A DNA stretch of 64,000 nt from the NCBI GenBank assembly GCA_963845085.1, contig CAWJQI010000004.1, forward strand, positions 128,001 through 192,000, read 5' to 3'. Position numbers and translations under genes: made by a program. The DNA comes from Candidatus Fermentibacterota bacterium. Lineage in GTDB: Bacteria > Fermentibacterota > Fermentibacteria > Fermentibacterales > JCC-6. The notes beneath the pieces were generated by a model. The model worked only from the letters and a program-made list of their open reading frames with translations, was not told the DNA's origin and made no database searches. Numbering within the stretch: the first letter of the stretch is position 1; each line of letters starts with the position of its first letter. Positions 13,670 through 23,473 of the stretch are shown piece by piece.

Positions 13670-15837
13670 GGAGCACCACCTGTCTTGATGAATCGGAGAG
13701 CCCTCTGCATGCCTGCATATGAAATCTGGAGGAAGTACACGCCTGAAGGAAGGGCTTCCACTTCGACAGCAACCGAATGAGTGCCTGCATTCAGGTCCAG
13801 TTCAAGGGGGGGCATCGCTTCCCTCCCGGCCAGGTCGAACACCCTCAGAACACATGCCCCCCCGGGATATACAAGAACCGATGCCGATGCGAAACTTGTG
13901 GCAGGGTTCGGATGGAGGGAAAAGAGATCAAGGGTGTAATCCGGTGTCCAGGGCGGATCGGAGCTGTTGGACAGCCCCGGAGTGCCTCCGTCCGGGATCG
14001 CCGTCCAGGAGGCGGGATCCGAGTTATCCCTTTCCGGGCTCGAAAGGGCGAGACTCCACCCGCCGTCCGCCGGTTCCGACGGCCAGGGATGGAAAGGAAG
14101 ATAGGGAACGTAGTCGACCTGATTGCCAAGGTGGTCGTAGAGCCTGAGTATCTCGCCTTCGGCAGAGAGCCCGAACTGAAAGGGATCAGGGTCGGCATTG
14201 CAATCACGATATGTGTTGATGAACGCTTCGGGGTTCTGCCGCAGCACAAGGTATGCGCCGGGGTCAAGCACGATGTCGCTTATCACGTGGAGGTTCCTGT
14301 CCTGCGTGTCCCGAAATGCCCAGCCACCAAGATCAACGGCTTCGGCCCCGGCATTGTAAAGCTCCACCCAGTCATCGGGGGCGATCAGGTCGCCGTTCCT
14401 GTAAAACACCTCGTTTATTACGATGCTGCCGGTTCTTGCGACAACAGGTGATGGTGCGAGGCGAACCGATCTGTTGAGGGCCCTCTCCTCCCTGAACGTG
14501 TTGTACGCCCTCACCTGAAGGTAGGTTATCGAGCCGGGGCCGGCGCCGGGGTCATGGATCAGGATCGAGGTGTCGCCAGTCTCGGTCTCCCAGAATACCG
14601 CGGACTCGTCAAGGAATGTCGAATCCGTGGACAGGCTTACCCTGTACCGGGAGGATCGCTCAGCATCCGACCATGTTGCGAGGATCTCATCCGGATCGTA
14701 CTGCTCGGTCGGGTGGAGGAGGAATGGAAGCGGCCAGGAAGCGAGCATCTCCTCAAGCGCTGAAAGCCTTGCTGCCGGCCAGTTCCTGATCACGTCAACA
14801 GAAGCCTCGAACTGGGCCATGGAGTAGTCCCGAAAGGGATCGACCTGTACAAGAGGTTGCGCCAGGGCTGCCAGCGAATCGATCACACCGCCTGCGGACC
14901 AGGCGAGAAACTCCGAAGACCGCTCTTCGAGCCTTTCCAGAATGAGCTCCCTCAGGTGCGGAATCGCCCACAGACGGTACAGAAGGACATTGGGTTCGCA
15001 GGAATCGTTCGTCACCCAGTAGTAGGGCAGGTCCGTTCCGTACGCCGACCCCCATGTCTTGTCCATGTCCCAGGGGACCATCCTCCATCTGCCGAAGGTT
15101 CCCGGTGCGTCCAGCACCATGTGGTAGTTGTGGTAGTACGTGCTGCCATGACCGAGGAGCGTATTCGCTGCAATGCAGTCCAGAAGGGCGTCGAAGTGCG
15201 TCCTGCCCGCCAGGTCACCGACGAACACGCTGTCGGGGCAGGTGAGCAGCCAGCGTATGAGCCATTCCAGATCATCGGTTGGAAGGTCCTCGAATGTTTT
15301 CTTGAGGTAACGGTTCAGGACGTGAGGGGAGTTGAGGGAGGATCCGTATTCCCTGCATTTGTAGATGACCGCATCGTCAGGCAGCCATGTTCTGAGCGCG
15401 AAGTCGCCGTCCACGTCCTCGACGAACAGGTAGGGGCCCTGGGTGGCGCCGTTGTACACAACCTCGGTCATGGCGACAAAAGGAACGATCTGTCCGCAGT
15501 ATTCGTGAAAAAGGTAGGACAGGTTCTCCCTGATCCTGCTTCTATCAGTGTACTCGGTGTTGAGGTTCAGCTCGTCGAAGCCGTGCAGGAGAAAACCCGG
15601 TGCAAGTCTCACCTTGATCGACTTTTTGGGATAGTAACTGCTGCTCTGTCCCCTGATCTGCATCGTGCACCCGCATGACAGGGAACCGGACGAGAGGGCT
15701 GCATCGACGAGTATCTCCTGGTCAGGATGGGCGCAGGCAAATGCCCACTCCTCGGGATCGAACTCCAGGGAAATCGTCACCACGGTATCCGGCCATGCGG
15801 ATACCGCTGACAGAAGAACGAGCATCATCGCAGCCAT
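13666..15837 (-). CDS. CotH-family kinase with lamin-tail domain and T9SS-like CTD (paralogue 3)
   Basis: IRGQSS.YYPKKS, EDVD..F, HNY, PWDMD; lamin-tail INEVFY...DWVELYN; HPNP...VFDLAGRE...LPSGVYF. Confidence 0.88.
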   Translation of the reverse strand: MAAMMLVLLSAVSAWPDTVVTISLEFDPEEWAFACAHPDQEILVDAALSSGSLSCGCTMQIRGQSSSYYPKKSIKVRLAPGFLLHGFDELNLNTEYTDRSRIRENLSYLFHEYCGQIVPFVAMTEVVYNGATQGPYLFVEDVDGDFALRTWLPDDAVIYKCREYGSSLNSPHVLNRYLKKTFEDLPTDDLEWLIRWLLTCPDSVFVGDLAGRTHFDALLDCIAANTLLGHGSTYYHNYHMVLDAPGTFGRWRMVPWDMDKTWGSAYGTDLPYYWVTNDSCEPNVLLYRLWAIPHLRELILERLEERSSEFLAWSAGGVIDSLAALAQPLVQVDPFRDYSMAQFEASVDVIRNWPAARLSALEEMLASWPLPFLLHPTEQYDPDEILATWSDAERSSRYRVSLSTDSTFLDESAVFWETETGDTSILIHDPGAGPGSITYLQVRAYNTFREERALNRSVRLAPSPVVARTGSIVINEVFYRNGDLIAPDDWVELYNAGAEAVDLGGWAFRDTQDRNLHVISDIVLDPGAYLVLRQNPEAFINTYRDCNADPDPFQFGLSAEGEILRLYDHLGNQVDYVPYLPFHPWPSEPADGGWSLALSSPERDNSDPASWTAIPDGGTPGLSNSSDPPWTPDYTLDLFSLHPNPATSFASASVLVYPGGACVLRVFDLAGREAMPPLELDLNAGTHSVAVEVEALPSGVYFLQISYAGMQRALRFIKTGGAP

Positions 15838-15871
15838 ATCATTCTTCCCGCGCTTGTGTCACCTGCTGAAC
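15821..15871. repeat. 51-bp direct repeat, copy 1 (CotH gene junction)
   Basis: agcatcatcgcagccatatcattcttcccgcgcttgtgtcacctgctgaac, identical to 18346-18396. Confidence 0.9.
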
Positions 15872-18362
15872 TCACAACAAGAAAATACACTCCCGAGGGC
15901 AGTCCGGGGGGCGGCTCGAGGGAGTACTCTTCCACACCCGGCTCAAGCATGCCAATATCGTGCACCACCCTTCCCGCCAGGTCGACAAGAAGCGCTGATA
16001 CAGGGCTGTCGACGGCTGATACCGAGAAGTAGACCCGGTCATGCCCGGCTGGAACAGGATGGATGCAGCGCAATTCCAGCGGCTCGGAGACATGCAGGTC
16101 CCAGGAGGCGTTCGGTGAACCCGGAGTGCCGGGATACATGACAACCTCCCATGATTCTGCATTCTTCGGGTCCTTGTCCGGACCAATAAGGGAGAGTACC
16201 GCATCTGATGCGTCCGCCCATGGGAGTTCCGACCCGAAGGTCAACAGGTTGGAGGTAGAACCTGTACGGCTGATGAAACGAAGTGTTTCACCTTCCGCTG
16301 AAAGGTCGAAGCCAAGTGCGGTCACACCACACTGAAGCCTCGGGTGAGCGAGGAGGAACGACTGCGGGCTGGATGCAAGGATGAGGTATCCGCCGGGAGG
16401 AATCCCGGTCCCTGCGGGAAGCACCGTGAACCCTTCTCCGGAGTCGGATATCCCGGTGAGGGACAGGTCCAGCCATCTCCCGTCAGGGTTGTGGAGCTCA
16501 ATCCAATCGCCCGAGCCCGCGCACTGCGGCTGTGAGTAGCACAGTTCGGTCAGAAGCGGGATGCAGTTGCCGATTCGGAGAAGTCTTTCCCCTGGCGGAA
16601 CCAAGTGAGTGGTGGCCGGGGTCCATGAAGGATCGCAGATCATGACAACCGATGAAGAAACGGAAGGAGCGGCGCAGTCACCTGCTGCTTTCCTCCCTGA
16701 AAGCGTAAGCGAAAAGGCATCGAGATCGTTGGTTACGAACAGTGTTTCTCCAGGCGCGAGCAGCAGGCTGTCCGGGAAGAAAACGCTGTAAGGCGGATCG
16801 CCCAGCACAGCCTGACAGAGAGAAAGATCCATCGTTGTGCAACTCTCGTTCACCATGGGAAGAGCCCAGAGGGAAGGTCCCAGGCGTATCTGGGTTCCAG
16901 GAAGGAGCATTTCCACTTCAGGTTCCGCGTCAACACGAACAACCGAGGGAAGCGCTTCGTTTCCATAGGTATTCCCGTATATCCCGTATGAAGGATAATA
17001 AATTGTAGGGGTCGGTTCAGGCAGATTGGCCTGACGATAGTAAACAAGGAAACGCATTGACTCTTCGAATGCTGCCAGAGCTGCAATCCCGGCAGTCCAC
17101 TCCCTGCCTCCTGACCCTTGAACCTGATGCATTTCAAGTTCTTCGGGATCATCATTATCAGGAACAACATAAAGCGTGCACCACGCAAGAGAATCTGAAG
17201 AAGAGAAGTTCACCGCGAGAATCCGGTCATCCGGAGTAACCCATCCCGGTTCGATGGACAGGGAAGTGAACTCGGGAGGGTTGTGATGCACCGACAGTTC
17301 GCGCACGACGGCGGAACGCTCCGTGATGAACAGCCTGAGGGAGTCGCAGGCCGATTCGAAATCCGCCGGAGTTCCCTGTCTGAGAGGATCCTGATACACA
17401 TCAGCCCTGATGCTGTTTCTGATCGAATCCAGACTCATCGGCAGTTCGTTCTCAAGAATATCTGCCGCCCTTTCCAGGTCCTGACCGAATTGTTCTCTAT
17501 GGCTGCACTCCGCGAGCGCTCTTGGGAATAGCGAGTTCATGTACATGGGCTGGTAGTAAACTGCTTCGACCCTTGCGAAGTCGAACAACCCCCTCCAGTC
17601 ATTCCCGAAGGATGCGTCGTGGTCCCATGGATAGTACCTCCACACCCCGTCCACACCGAGAATCAGAAAGTAGTTTTTCACGCAGCAGTCCATGTCAAAG
17701 ATTGCAAGGTTCGCTGCCATATTCCCAACGAAGGATTCCACTTCGAAACGGCCTTCATATTCGCCGCCACGGCATACATCCCCGATGAGCCGTACAAGCT
17801 CCGGAATACCGTACTCGTCACCGCTCCTGCATTCAAAACCATCATCGGGCGGGTGCCCGGAGAGGAACGGAACCAATCTTGCCTGACTTCCCACAGCCTT
17901 GAACACCGCACCATCGGGCAGGCCGTTCCTTGCAAGGAAGTCATCATCCACGCGTTCAGTCTCAAGGTACACACCCATGTTGGAGCCGTTGATGGAGAGC
18001 GTGACATGTCTGGTCATCGGAGCCGGGTACCCCATCCGCCTGACCAGTTCCATTGCCAGGTGGTTCCGCATCATGCTCAAATCCCTGTAATGAGCGTCGA
18101 GGAGCAGTTCGCAGCGTCCGATCATGCCTTCATCGAACAACTCCATTCGCCAGGATTTCTTCGGCAGCTCAAGCGATGTGCTCCCGCGAAAGCCCACCAT
18201 GCAGTCGCACTCCCCGGAAGGACAGGATATGTGTGCCGGGTAGGTCGTTTCCGTCTCCGGATACCCGTAAAGCGCTTCAAGATCCTCGGGAGCCATCGTC
18301 ACCTCGTAATGCCAGAGGTCCCCGGTCAGAATGACGGCAATCAGCAGCATCATCGCAGCCAT
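15825..18362 (-). CDS. CotH-family kinase with lamin-tail domain and T9SS-like CTD (paralogue 2)
   Basis: FRGSTS..LPKKSW, GVYLETERVD, D...KNYF, PWDHD; TELCY...DWIELHN; LPSGVYF. Confidence 0.88.
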   Translation of the reverse strand: MAAMMLLIAVILTGDLWHYEVTMAPEDLEALYGYPETETTYPAHISCPSGECDCMVGFRGSTSLELPKKSWRMELFDEGMIGRCELLLDAHYRDLSMMRNHLAMELVRRMGYPAPMTRHVTLSINGSNMGVYLETERVDDDFLARNGLPDGAVFKAVGSQARLVPFLSGHPPDDGFECRSGDEYGIPELVRLIGDVCRGGEYEGRFEVESFVGNMAANLAIFDMDCCVKNYFLILGVDGVWRYYPWDHDASFGNDWRGLFDFARVEAVYYQPMYMNSLFPRALAECSHREQFGQDLERAADILENELPMSLDSIRNSIRADVYQDPLRQGTPADFESACDSLRLFITERSAVVRELSVHHNPPEFTSLSIEPGWVTPDDRILAVNFSSSDSLAWCTLYVVPDNDDPEELEMHQVQGSGGREWTAGIAALAAFEESMRFLVYYRQANLPEPTPTIYYPSYGIYGNTYGNEALPSVVRVDAEPEVEMLLPGTQIRLGPSLWALPMVNESCTTMDLSLCQAVLGDPPYSVFFPDSLLLAPGETLFVTNDLDAFSLTLSGRKAAGDCAAPSVSSSVVMICDPSWTPATTHLVPPGERLLRIGNCIPLLTELCYSQPQCAGSGDWIELHNPDGRWLDLSLTGISDSGEGFTVLPAGTGIPPGGYLILASSPQSFLLAHPRLQCGVTALGFDLSAEGETLRFISRTGSTSNLLTFGSELPWADASDAVLSLIGPDKDPKNAESWEVVMYPGTPGSPNASWDLHVSEPLELRCIHPVPAGHDRVYFSVSAVDSPVSALLVDLAGRVVHDIGMLEPGVEEYSLEPPPGLPSGVYFLVVSSAGDTSAGRMIWLR

Positions 18363-18396
18363 ATCATTCTTCCCGCGCTTGTGTCACCTGCTGAAC
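18346..18396. repeat. 51-bp direct repeat, copy 2 (CotH gene junction)
   Basis: Identical to 15821-15871. Confidence 0.9.
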
Positions 18397-20896
18397 GAAC
18401 AACAAGATAGTACACCCCCGAGGGCAACCCCGGGGGAAGCCCGAGCGAACGCTCCTGCAGGCCGGGTTCAAGGATCACGGGGTCAAGCACCATCCTTCCG
18501 GCCAGATCGAAAACAAGCAATGAAACAGGGCCGATGCCTCCGGAAACAAAGAAGTGCACCTCACCGGCCGTGACCGGATTCGGTCGTATCGACCGGATCA
18601 GGACGTCACCGCCTTCGCACTGGAACCATGATGGATTTGCCGTGCCGGGAGTTCCCGGCTGCTCCGCCGCTTCCCAGGATGCCGGCTGAGAGAGGTCGGC
18701 TGATGGATCAATCGCGGCGATGATGCCGGATTCTGCTTCCGGCCAGGGTGGGTCTTGGGAATAGCTGACGAGATCGGTCGGGTGCCCTGCCCTGTTGATG
18801 AAACGAAGGGTTTCTCCATCGGATGAAAGGCTGAAACCCATGTCCAGCACCGGGCAGCCCGGATCGGGGAATTGTTCGAGGAAAAGATCCGTGTTGGACG
18901 CGAGTACGAGAAAGCCGAACGGAGGCATCAGTGTGCCTTCCGGGAACACCATGCGTCCGGGATCCGAACCGGCAATTCCGGCATTGGACAGATCAAGCCA
19001 GTCCCCTCCCGGGTTGTAGCACTCGATCCAGTCGCCCGGGTTGGCGTTCACCGGCTGCGCGTACGAGATCTCCGTGACAAGCGGGTGATCGTTCGTGGGA
19101 CGGATTGTCCGCTCGGACAGCGGGACCATGTGACTGATGCCGAAACACCAGCCGGGATCGAAAAGCGTTGCCCAGGAGCCGGTGGCGGAGATGGCGCTGC
19201 AATCCCCCACAACCGTCCTTCCCGGGAGCTCGGTTGAGAACGCCTCGGAATTGCTGGCGACGAACAAGGTCTCACCCGGGGCCAGTATCAGGTTCTCCGG
19301 GAAAAAGACCCTGTACGGAGGATCGCCCACGGCAAGATAGCACAGCGAGAGGTCCATCGCTGAACCGCTTTCGTTGACCATTGGAAGCGCCCATAATGAA
19401 GGACCGAGCCTGATCGGTTGTGCAGGAAGAAGCAGGGAGGGGTTCGGAGCTGCCTCAACCCTTACTGCGGAGGGAAGAGCCTCCTCGTTGTAGACCCCGC
19501 TGAAAACTGAATATGGAGGAAAGAACAGGGGTGGCTCCGGCCAGGAAAGGTCGATCTGGCACATCTTGACGAAGAAATGAAGGTCATCGCCGAGCCATTC
19601 GTCGGCGCTGATCATCACGCTCCATTCCTTTCTGCCGGTCCAGGCCACGGGCTGCATTTCCTTTTCGAAAATGAGCCCCGAATCGGAATAGGCGAAGAGG
19701 CGGCACCAGAACAGGGAATCCGAGGAGTACGCAGTGATGGCAATGCTGTCGGTTCCGGGGGTTATCCAGGAAGGTGCTGCAAAAAGGGAGAGCGAGTCGG
19801 GTCTGCTGTGGTGGGAGGCGAAGCCGGGAAGCATCTCGGCGCGCTCTGTTATAAACCACCTGAGGCTGTCGCACGCTGCTTCGAAATCGTCAATGGTCCC
19901 CTGTCTCAGAGGATCGAGCATTACATCGGCGCGTATCGCACTCCTTACGGAATCAAGGCACGCTGTCAATTCCGTCGCCATGATCGACGCAGCATCATCC
20001 AGCATCTCGTGGAATGCCTGCCTGTGAACGGGATCCCTCATGATGCCTTGAAACAGCGGGGAGACAAGCATCTGATCCGTGTACGGCCATCCCGCCAGTT
20101 CCCGATGAAATTCACCCTGCCAGTCGTTTCCGAACGATGAATCATGATCCCATGGAAAGTAGCGCCATACGCCGTCTGCTCCAAGGCTCAAGTAGTAGTT
20201 CTTGCACGGACCATCCTGCTCCATCATTGCCAAATTCGCAACCATATTGCCGATAAGCGGTTCCATGTCGATCGAGTTCTCGAACCCACCGTGGCCGCAC
20301 ACGGATTCAATCAGTCGGAGCAGTTCCGGAAGCATCCATTCGTCACCGGTCCGCCACTCGAATCCATCCCCCCTGGGATGGCCGGAGAGGAAGGGTGAGA
20401 ACCTGCCTGCACCGCTGACGGCTTTGAAAAACGCCCCGTCGGAAAGACCGTTCCTTGTCAGAAACCCCTCGTCGATCCGCTCGGTCTCAAGGTAGACGCC
20501 CATGTTCTCGCCATTTATGGACAGGGTAACATGCCTCGTGAGGGGTGCGGGGTATCCCATCCTCCTCACCAGCTCCATCGCAAGGTGGTTTCTCATCATC
20601 GAGAGATCCCTGTAGTGGGCGTCGAGATTGACCCTGGAGCGGCCTGTAAGCCCTTCATCGAACACATCGATCCGCCATGACTTCTTGGGGAGATGAACCG
20701 ATGTGGTGCCACGGAAGCCAACCAGGCAGTCACTCTCCCCCGCGGGGCAAGAGATGTGTGCCGGGTACATGGCTTCCGATTCGGGATAGCTGTAAAGCTC
20801 TTCGAGATGCTGCGGATCCATGACCATCTCGTAATGCCACAGACCCTGTGCCTGAATTGCAGATACGAGCAGGAACAGGAAGGTCACAGCGTGCAC
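18350..20896 (-). CDS. CotH-family kinase with lamin-tail domain and T9SS-like CTD (paralogue 1)
   Basis: FRGTTS..LPKKSW, GVYLETERID, QDGPCKNYY, PWDHD; TEISY...DWIECYN; RPNP...VFDLAGRM...LPSGVYY. Confidence 0.88.
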   Translation of the reverse strand: MHAVTFLFLLVSAIQAQGLWHYEMVMDPQHLEELYSYPESEAMYPAHISCPAGESDCLVGFRGTTSVHLPKKSWRIDVFDEGLTGRSRVNLDAHYRDLSMMRNHLAMELVRRMGYPAPLTRHVTLSINGENMGVYLETERIDEGFLTRNGLSDGAFFKAVSGAGRFSPFLSGHPRGDGFEWRTGDEWMLPELLRLIESVCGHGGFENSIDMEPLIGNMVANLAMMEQDGPCKNYYLSLGADGVWRYFPWDHDSSFGNDWQGEFHRELAGWPYTDQMLVSPLFQGIMRDPVHRQAFHEMLDDAASIMATELTACLDSVRSAIRADVMLDPLRQGTIDDFEAACDSLRWFITERAEMLPGFASHHSRPDSLSLFAAPSWITPGTDSIAITAYSSDSLFWCRLFAYSDSGLIFEKEMQPVAWTGRKEWSVMISADEWLGDDLHFFVKMCQIDLSWPEPPLFFPPYSVFSGVYNEEALPSAVRVEAAPNPSLLLPAQPIRLGPSLWALPMVNESGSAMDLSLCYLAVGDPPYRVFFPENLILAPGETLFVASNSEAFSTELPGRTVVGDCSAISATGSWATLFDPGWCFGISHMVPLSERTIRPTNDHPLVTEISYAQPVNANPGDWIECYNPGGDWLDLSNAGIAGSDPGRMVFPEGTLMPPFGFLVLASNTDLFLEQFPDPGCPVLDMGFSLSSDGETLRFINRAGHPTDLVSYSQDPPWPEAESGIIAAIDPSADLSQPASWEAAEQPGTPGTANPSWFQCEGGDVLIRSIRPNPVTAGEVHFFVSGGIGPVSLLVFDLAGRMVLDPVILEPGLQERSLGLPPGLPSGVYYLVVRSAGDTSAGRMIWLR

Positions 20897-20928
20897 CCCT
20901 CCAATTCCATGCCTCCTTTCGCGGCTTC

Positions 20929-21621
20929 TCAGTACTCCACGTCGTTGCAGGATGAAACCATGTTCACATTGTCCACGCCGACGAGTGCGTTAAGGCTCGT
21001 GGCAATGGCGGCGGGAGTGGTCCCGGGGGAAAGCCTGATGTCGTAGGTGAGGATCAGGTACTTGCCGCCGCCGGAGGGCTCAACATGGATCAGGGTGCTG
21101 TTTCTGGAGAGCCTGCGGATGATCTCGACGTGTTGTTCCTCGCCGCCGGCCTCGCGGTCGTACCGGAACCTCAGGATGAACTCGCTCTGCATCATGCTGC
21201 CGTAGTTGGTTTTGGCGAGCAGCCAGGCCACGATGCAGATGAACACCGTGGAGAGCACGGCAAGCCTGATGTTTGCCGTGCCGCATGCTATGCCTTCAGT
21301 GAGGGCAAAGAAGATGAACGCCGTGTCACGGGTGTCTTTGACCACTGTCCTGAATCGCACTATGGTGAGGGCGCCCACCAGCGCGAAGGCTCTGGCCAGG
21401 TTGCTTCCGATCACCATCATCACGGAACAGACGATAAGGCTCATCAGGACAAGCGTGATTACGAGTGATTGGGAGTATGAGAGCCCCCTGTGGGTCCTGC
21501 GGTACACGTACCCGATGAAGAGGCCGATCAGAAGCGATGCGAGAAGGTTCTCGAAAACATATAGAAGACTGTACCCCATGGTCTGGTCAACCTCGGTGAA
21601 CCAGGAGATCAAAGCGGCCAA
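20929..21621 (-). CDS. DUF4956 membrane protein
   Basis: IGSNLARAFALVGALTIVRFRT..KDTRD..FIF....GIACG signature; TM helices plus a C-terminal ACT-like region. Confidence 0.92.
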   Translation of the reverse strand: MAALISWFTEVDQTMGYSLLYVFENLLASLLIGLFIGYVYRRTHRGLSYSQSLVITLVLMSLIVCSVMMVIGSNLARAFALVGALTIVRFRTVVKDTRDTAFIFFALTEGIACGTANIRLAVLSTVFICIVAWLLAKTNYGSMMQSEFILRFRYDREAGGEEQHVEIIRRLSRNSTLIHVEPSGGGKYLILTYDIRLSPGTTPAAIATSLNALVGVDNVNMVSSCNDVEY

Positions 21622-22391
21622 CTGCGCCCCCTCTCAACCATCCTGTCAAGCATGGAACGGGAGTTGAGCATCCATAAACGCTCTCCTGCCGTGTGAAACT
21701 TGGAGAACGAGATGCGTGTAAGCTCAAGGCCCTGCGTCAGCCTGTGAAACCAGGCGGGGAGATGGTAACGGAACTTTATCTCAAGCACTGAGAAATCCGA
21801 TGAAAGGTCTTCTTCGTTCCCTGTGGGAAGGCCGTCCCTTCCCGCCTTCCATGCGGTAACCCCCCTGTCGATGGTAGCCCGGAAATCCGGGTTGGCTGCG
21901 TTCTCAAAAGCGGTTCTTCTGTAGTCAACCACAAGGCTCGGGGAAAGCCTGTTCCTGAAACAGTCCGCCACGAAATGGCGCCCCACGCCGTTGCAGCCCT
22001 CGCTGTCCATGACAAAACCGCAGAGCTTCGAGGTACCTCCCGCCAGAGCTTCCCGGAGCCCCTCGGCCGGCATGATGTGCCTGTGCTTGTAAACAAGGCA
22101 GTCCTGCTTGCCTTTCAGCTCGAGGAACACAGGATCGGCCGAGCCCGGGTTATACGACCTGATCCGGAACTTGTACCTCGAGTGAAGACCGTCGGTTTTC
22201 TGCTGGTGATATGCGAAATTGGATGTGTCGAAATATAGGCTCCTGACGCTGTACGACCCGTCTGCTGCGGAATGAGAGTCACGCTCCATCCGGTTTTCGA
22301 TGGCGCCAAGAACGGAGGTCTCCGTCTGACCGGAGACAAGGTATTTGAACTCGTACCTGTGAAAATGCAGCTTGCGCATGGATGAATCCAT
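21609..22391 (-). CDS. VTC-domain polyphosphate polymerase
   Basis: RYEFKY, YSVRSLYFDT, RYKFRIRSY, FLELK.K, YRRTAF, RATID, VLEIKF, SFSKF; start placed at ATG 22391 overlapping the porin stop (TGATG). Confidence 0.93.
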   Translation of the reverse strand: MDSSMRKLHFHRYEFKYLVSGQTETSVLGAIENRMERDSHSAADGSYSVRSLYFDTSNFAYHQQKTDGLHSRYKFRIRSYNPGSADPVFLELKGKQDCLVYKHRHIMPAEGLREALAGGTSKLCGFVMDSEGCNGVGRHFVADCFRNRLSPSLVVDYRRTAFENAANPDFRATIDRGVTAWKAGRDGLPTGNEEDLSSDFSVLEIKFRYHLPAWFHRLTQGLELTRISFSKFHTAGERLWMLNSRSMLDRMVERGRSWPL

Positions 22392-23425
22392 CAGAACCTG
22401 ACCCCCAGCTCCGTGATGTAGTCGGTGCAATCATCCCGGGAATCATCCTGAAAGCTCCTGTTGATCATCGTGAACCTGAGCCTTGTTCTGGAGGTCATCC
22501 AGACCCCTATCAAAGGCGCGACGAAACTCTCCTCATCCGAGCCGTCCACCTCCGGCGCAAGCACAGACCAAGAGACTCCGGCTTCGATGGATCTTATCCC
22601 GGGAACGCTCCCGAGCCTTTGTTCCAGGACCCCTGAAGCCCAGTAGCCCCTGAAACCGGGCGGGGTTTCACCGTAGATCACATCGGCTTCATCCCAGTTG
22701 TCTCCCGCAACGTACTCGGCATCAAGCTCTAGCCTTGTGCTGAAAGTGACGGGCTGATCCAGCCTGAGGAATGCAGAGAACGCCTGCATGCTCCCGGAGG
22801 AGGCATATCCCGAGGGCAGCATCGGGTCGTATTCCCCGAGGCGCAGGCTTGACAGAGCGCCCCCCATGGTCAGGGCGGCCACGGGCTCGAACTCGATGGA
22901 AGCGGTGTACATCTTTTCCCTCTCATTCCCGGGGCCGTTAAAAACTCCGAGAGAGAGCGTAGACTGAAGCGGAACAGGCGATGAAAGCTCGACCATTGCT
23001 CCCGTTGAGCGGTCGGAGTATCCCAGGTCGCCGGCAAGATCGTGTATCAGCGGACGCTCCACTGAAAGAAGGTTCCAGTTGGACGTGGATGTTGCCATGC
23101 AGAAGGGCTTTTTAAACAGCCCCGCTGTCAGTTCCAGATAGTCGAGTGGCGACCAGGAGATGATGCAGTCCTTGAGATAGACCTCGTCGGGTCGCGTTTC
23201 CACCTCAATTTCGACGGCGAGGTTCCCCCCGAGGTCTGAGCCGGCGGTCAGGCTTGCCCGCTTGATGAGGAATTCACCGATCGGGCCGCATGTGATCTCG
23301 CCGAGCATCTCATGCCGGGCGTACACCTGCCCGGAAAGCTCTACGGCTGCAGCCGGCGCGACCAGGGCCGAGGCCATGAACAGAGCATGCAGATGGCTGA
23401 ACGAAAAAAAACGCATTTTCCACAC
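22391..23425 (-). CDS. Outer-membrane porin-like beta-barrel (phosphate-selective porin O/P-like)
   Basis: Signal peptide, ELSGQV, LKD..I, AGLFKKPF, ERP, LGVFNG, amphipathic strands, terminal Phe (ELGVRF). Confidence 0.72.
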   Translation of the reverse strand: MWKMRFFSFSHLHALFMASALVAPAAAVELSGQVYARHEMLGEITCGPIGEFLIKRASLTAGSDLGGNLAVEIEVETRPDEVYLKDCIISWSPLDYLELTAGLFKKPFCMATSTSNWNLLSVERPLIHDLAGDLGYSDRSTGAMVELSSPVPLQSTLSLGVFNGPGNEREKMYTASIEFEPVAALTMGGALSSLRLGEYDPMLPSGYASSGSMQAFSAFLRLDQPVTFSTRLELDAEYVAGDNWDEADVIYGETPPGFRGYWASGVLEQRLGSVPGIRSIEAGVSWSVLAPEVDGSDEESFVAPLIGVWMTSRTRLRFTMINRSFQDDSRDDCTDYITELGVRF

Positions 23426-23473
23426 TCCGTTACTGGATTGGAAAGCTGAATATAGCGGTATGTCCGTGTTCCG

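Noticed and set aside
20894..20916. Possible homopolymer indel at the start of CotH paralogue 1 (upstream TTG/ATG out of frame)
   Set aside because: The in-frame GTG already gives a plausible signal peptide; evidence too weak without reads
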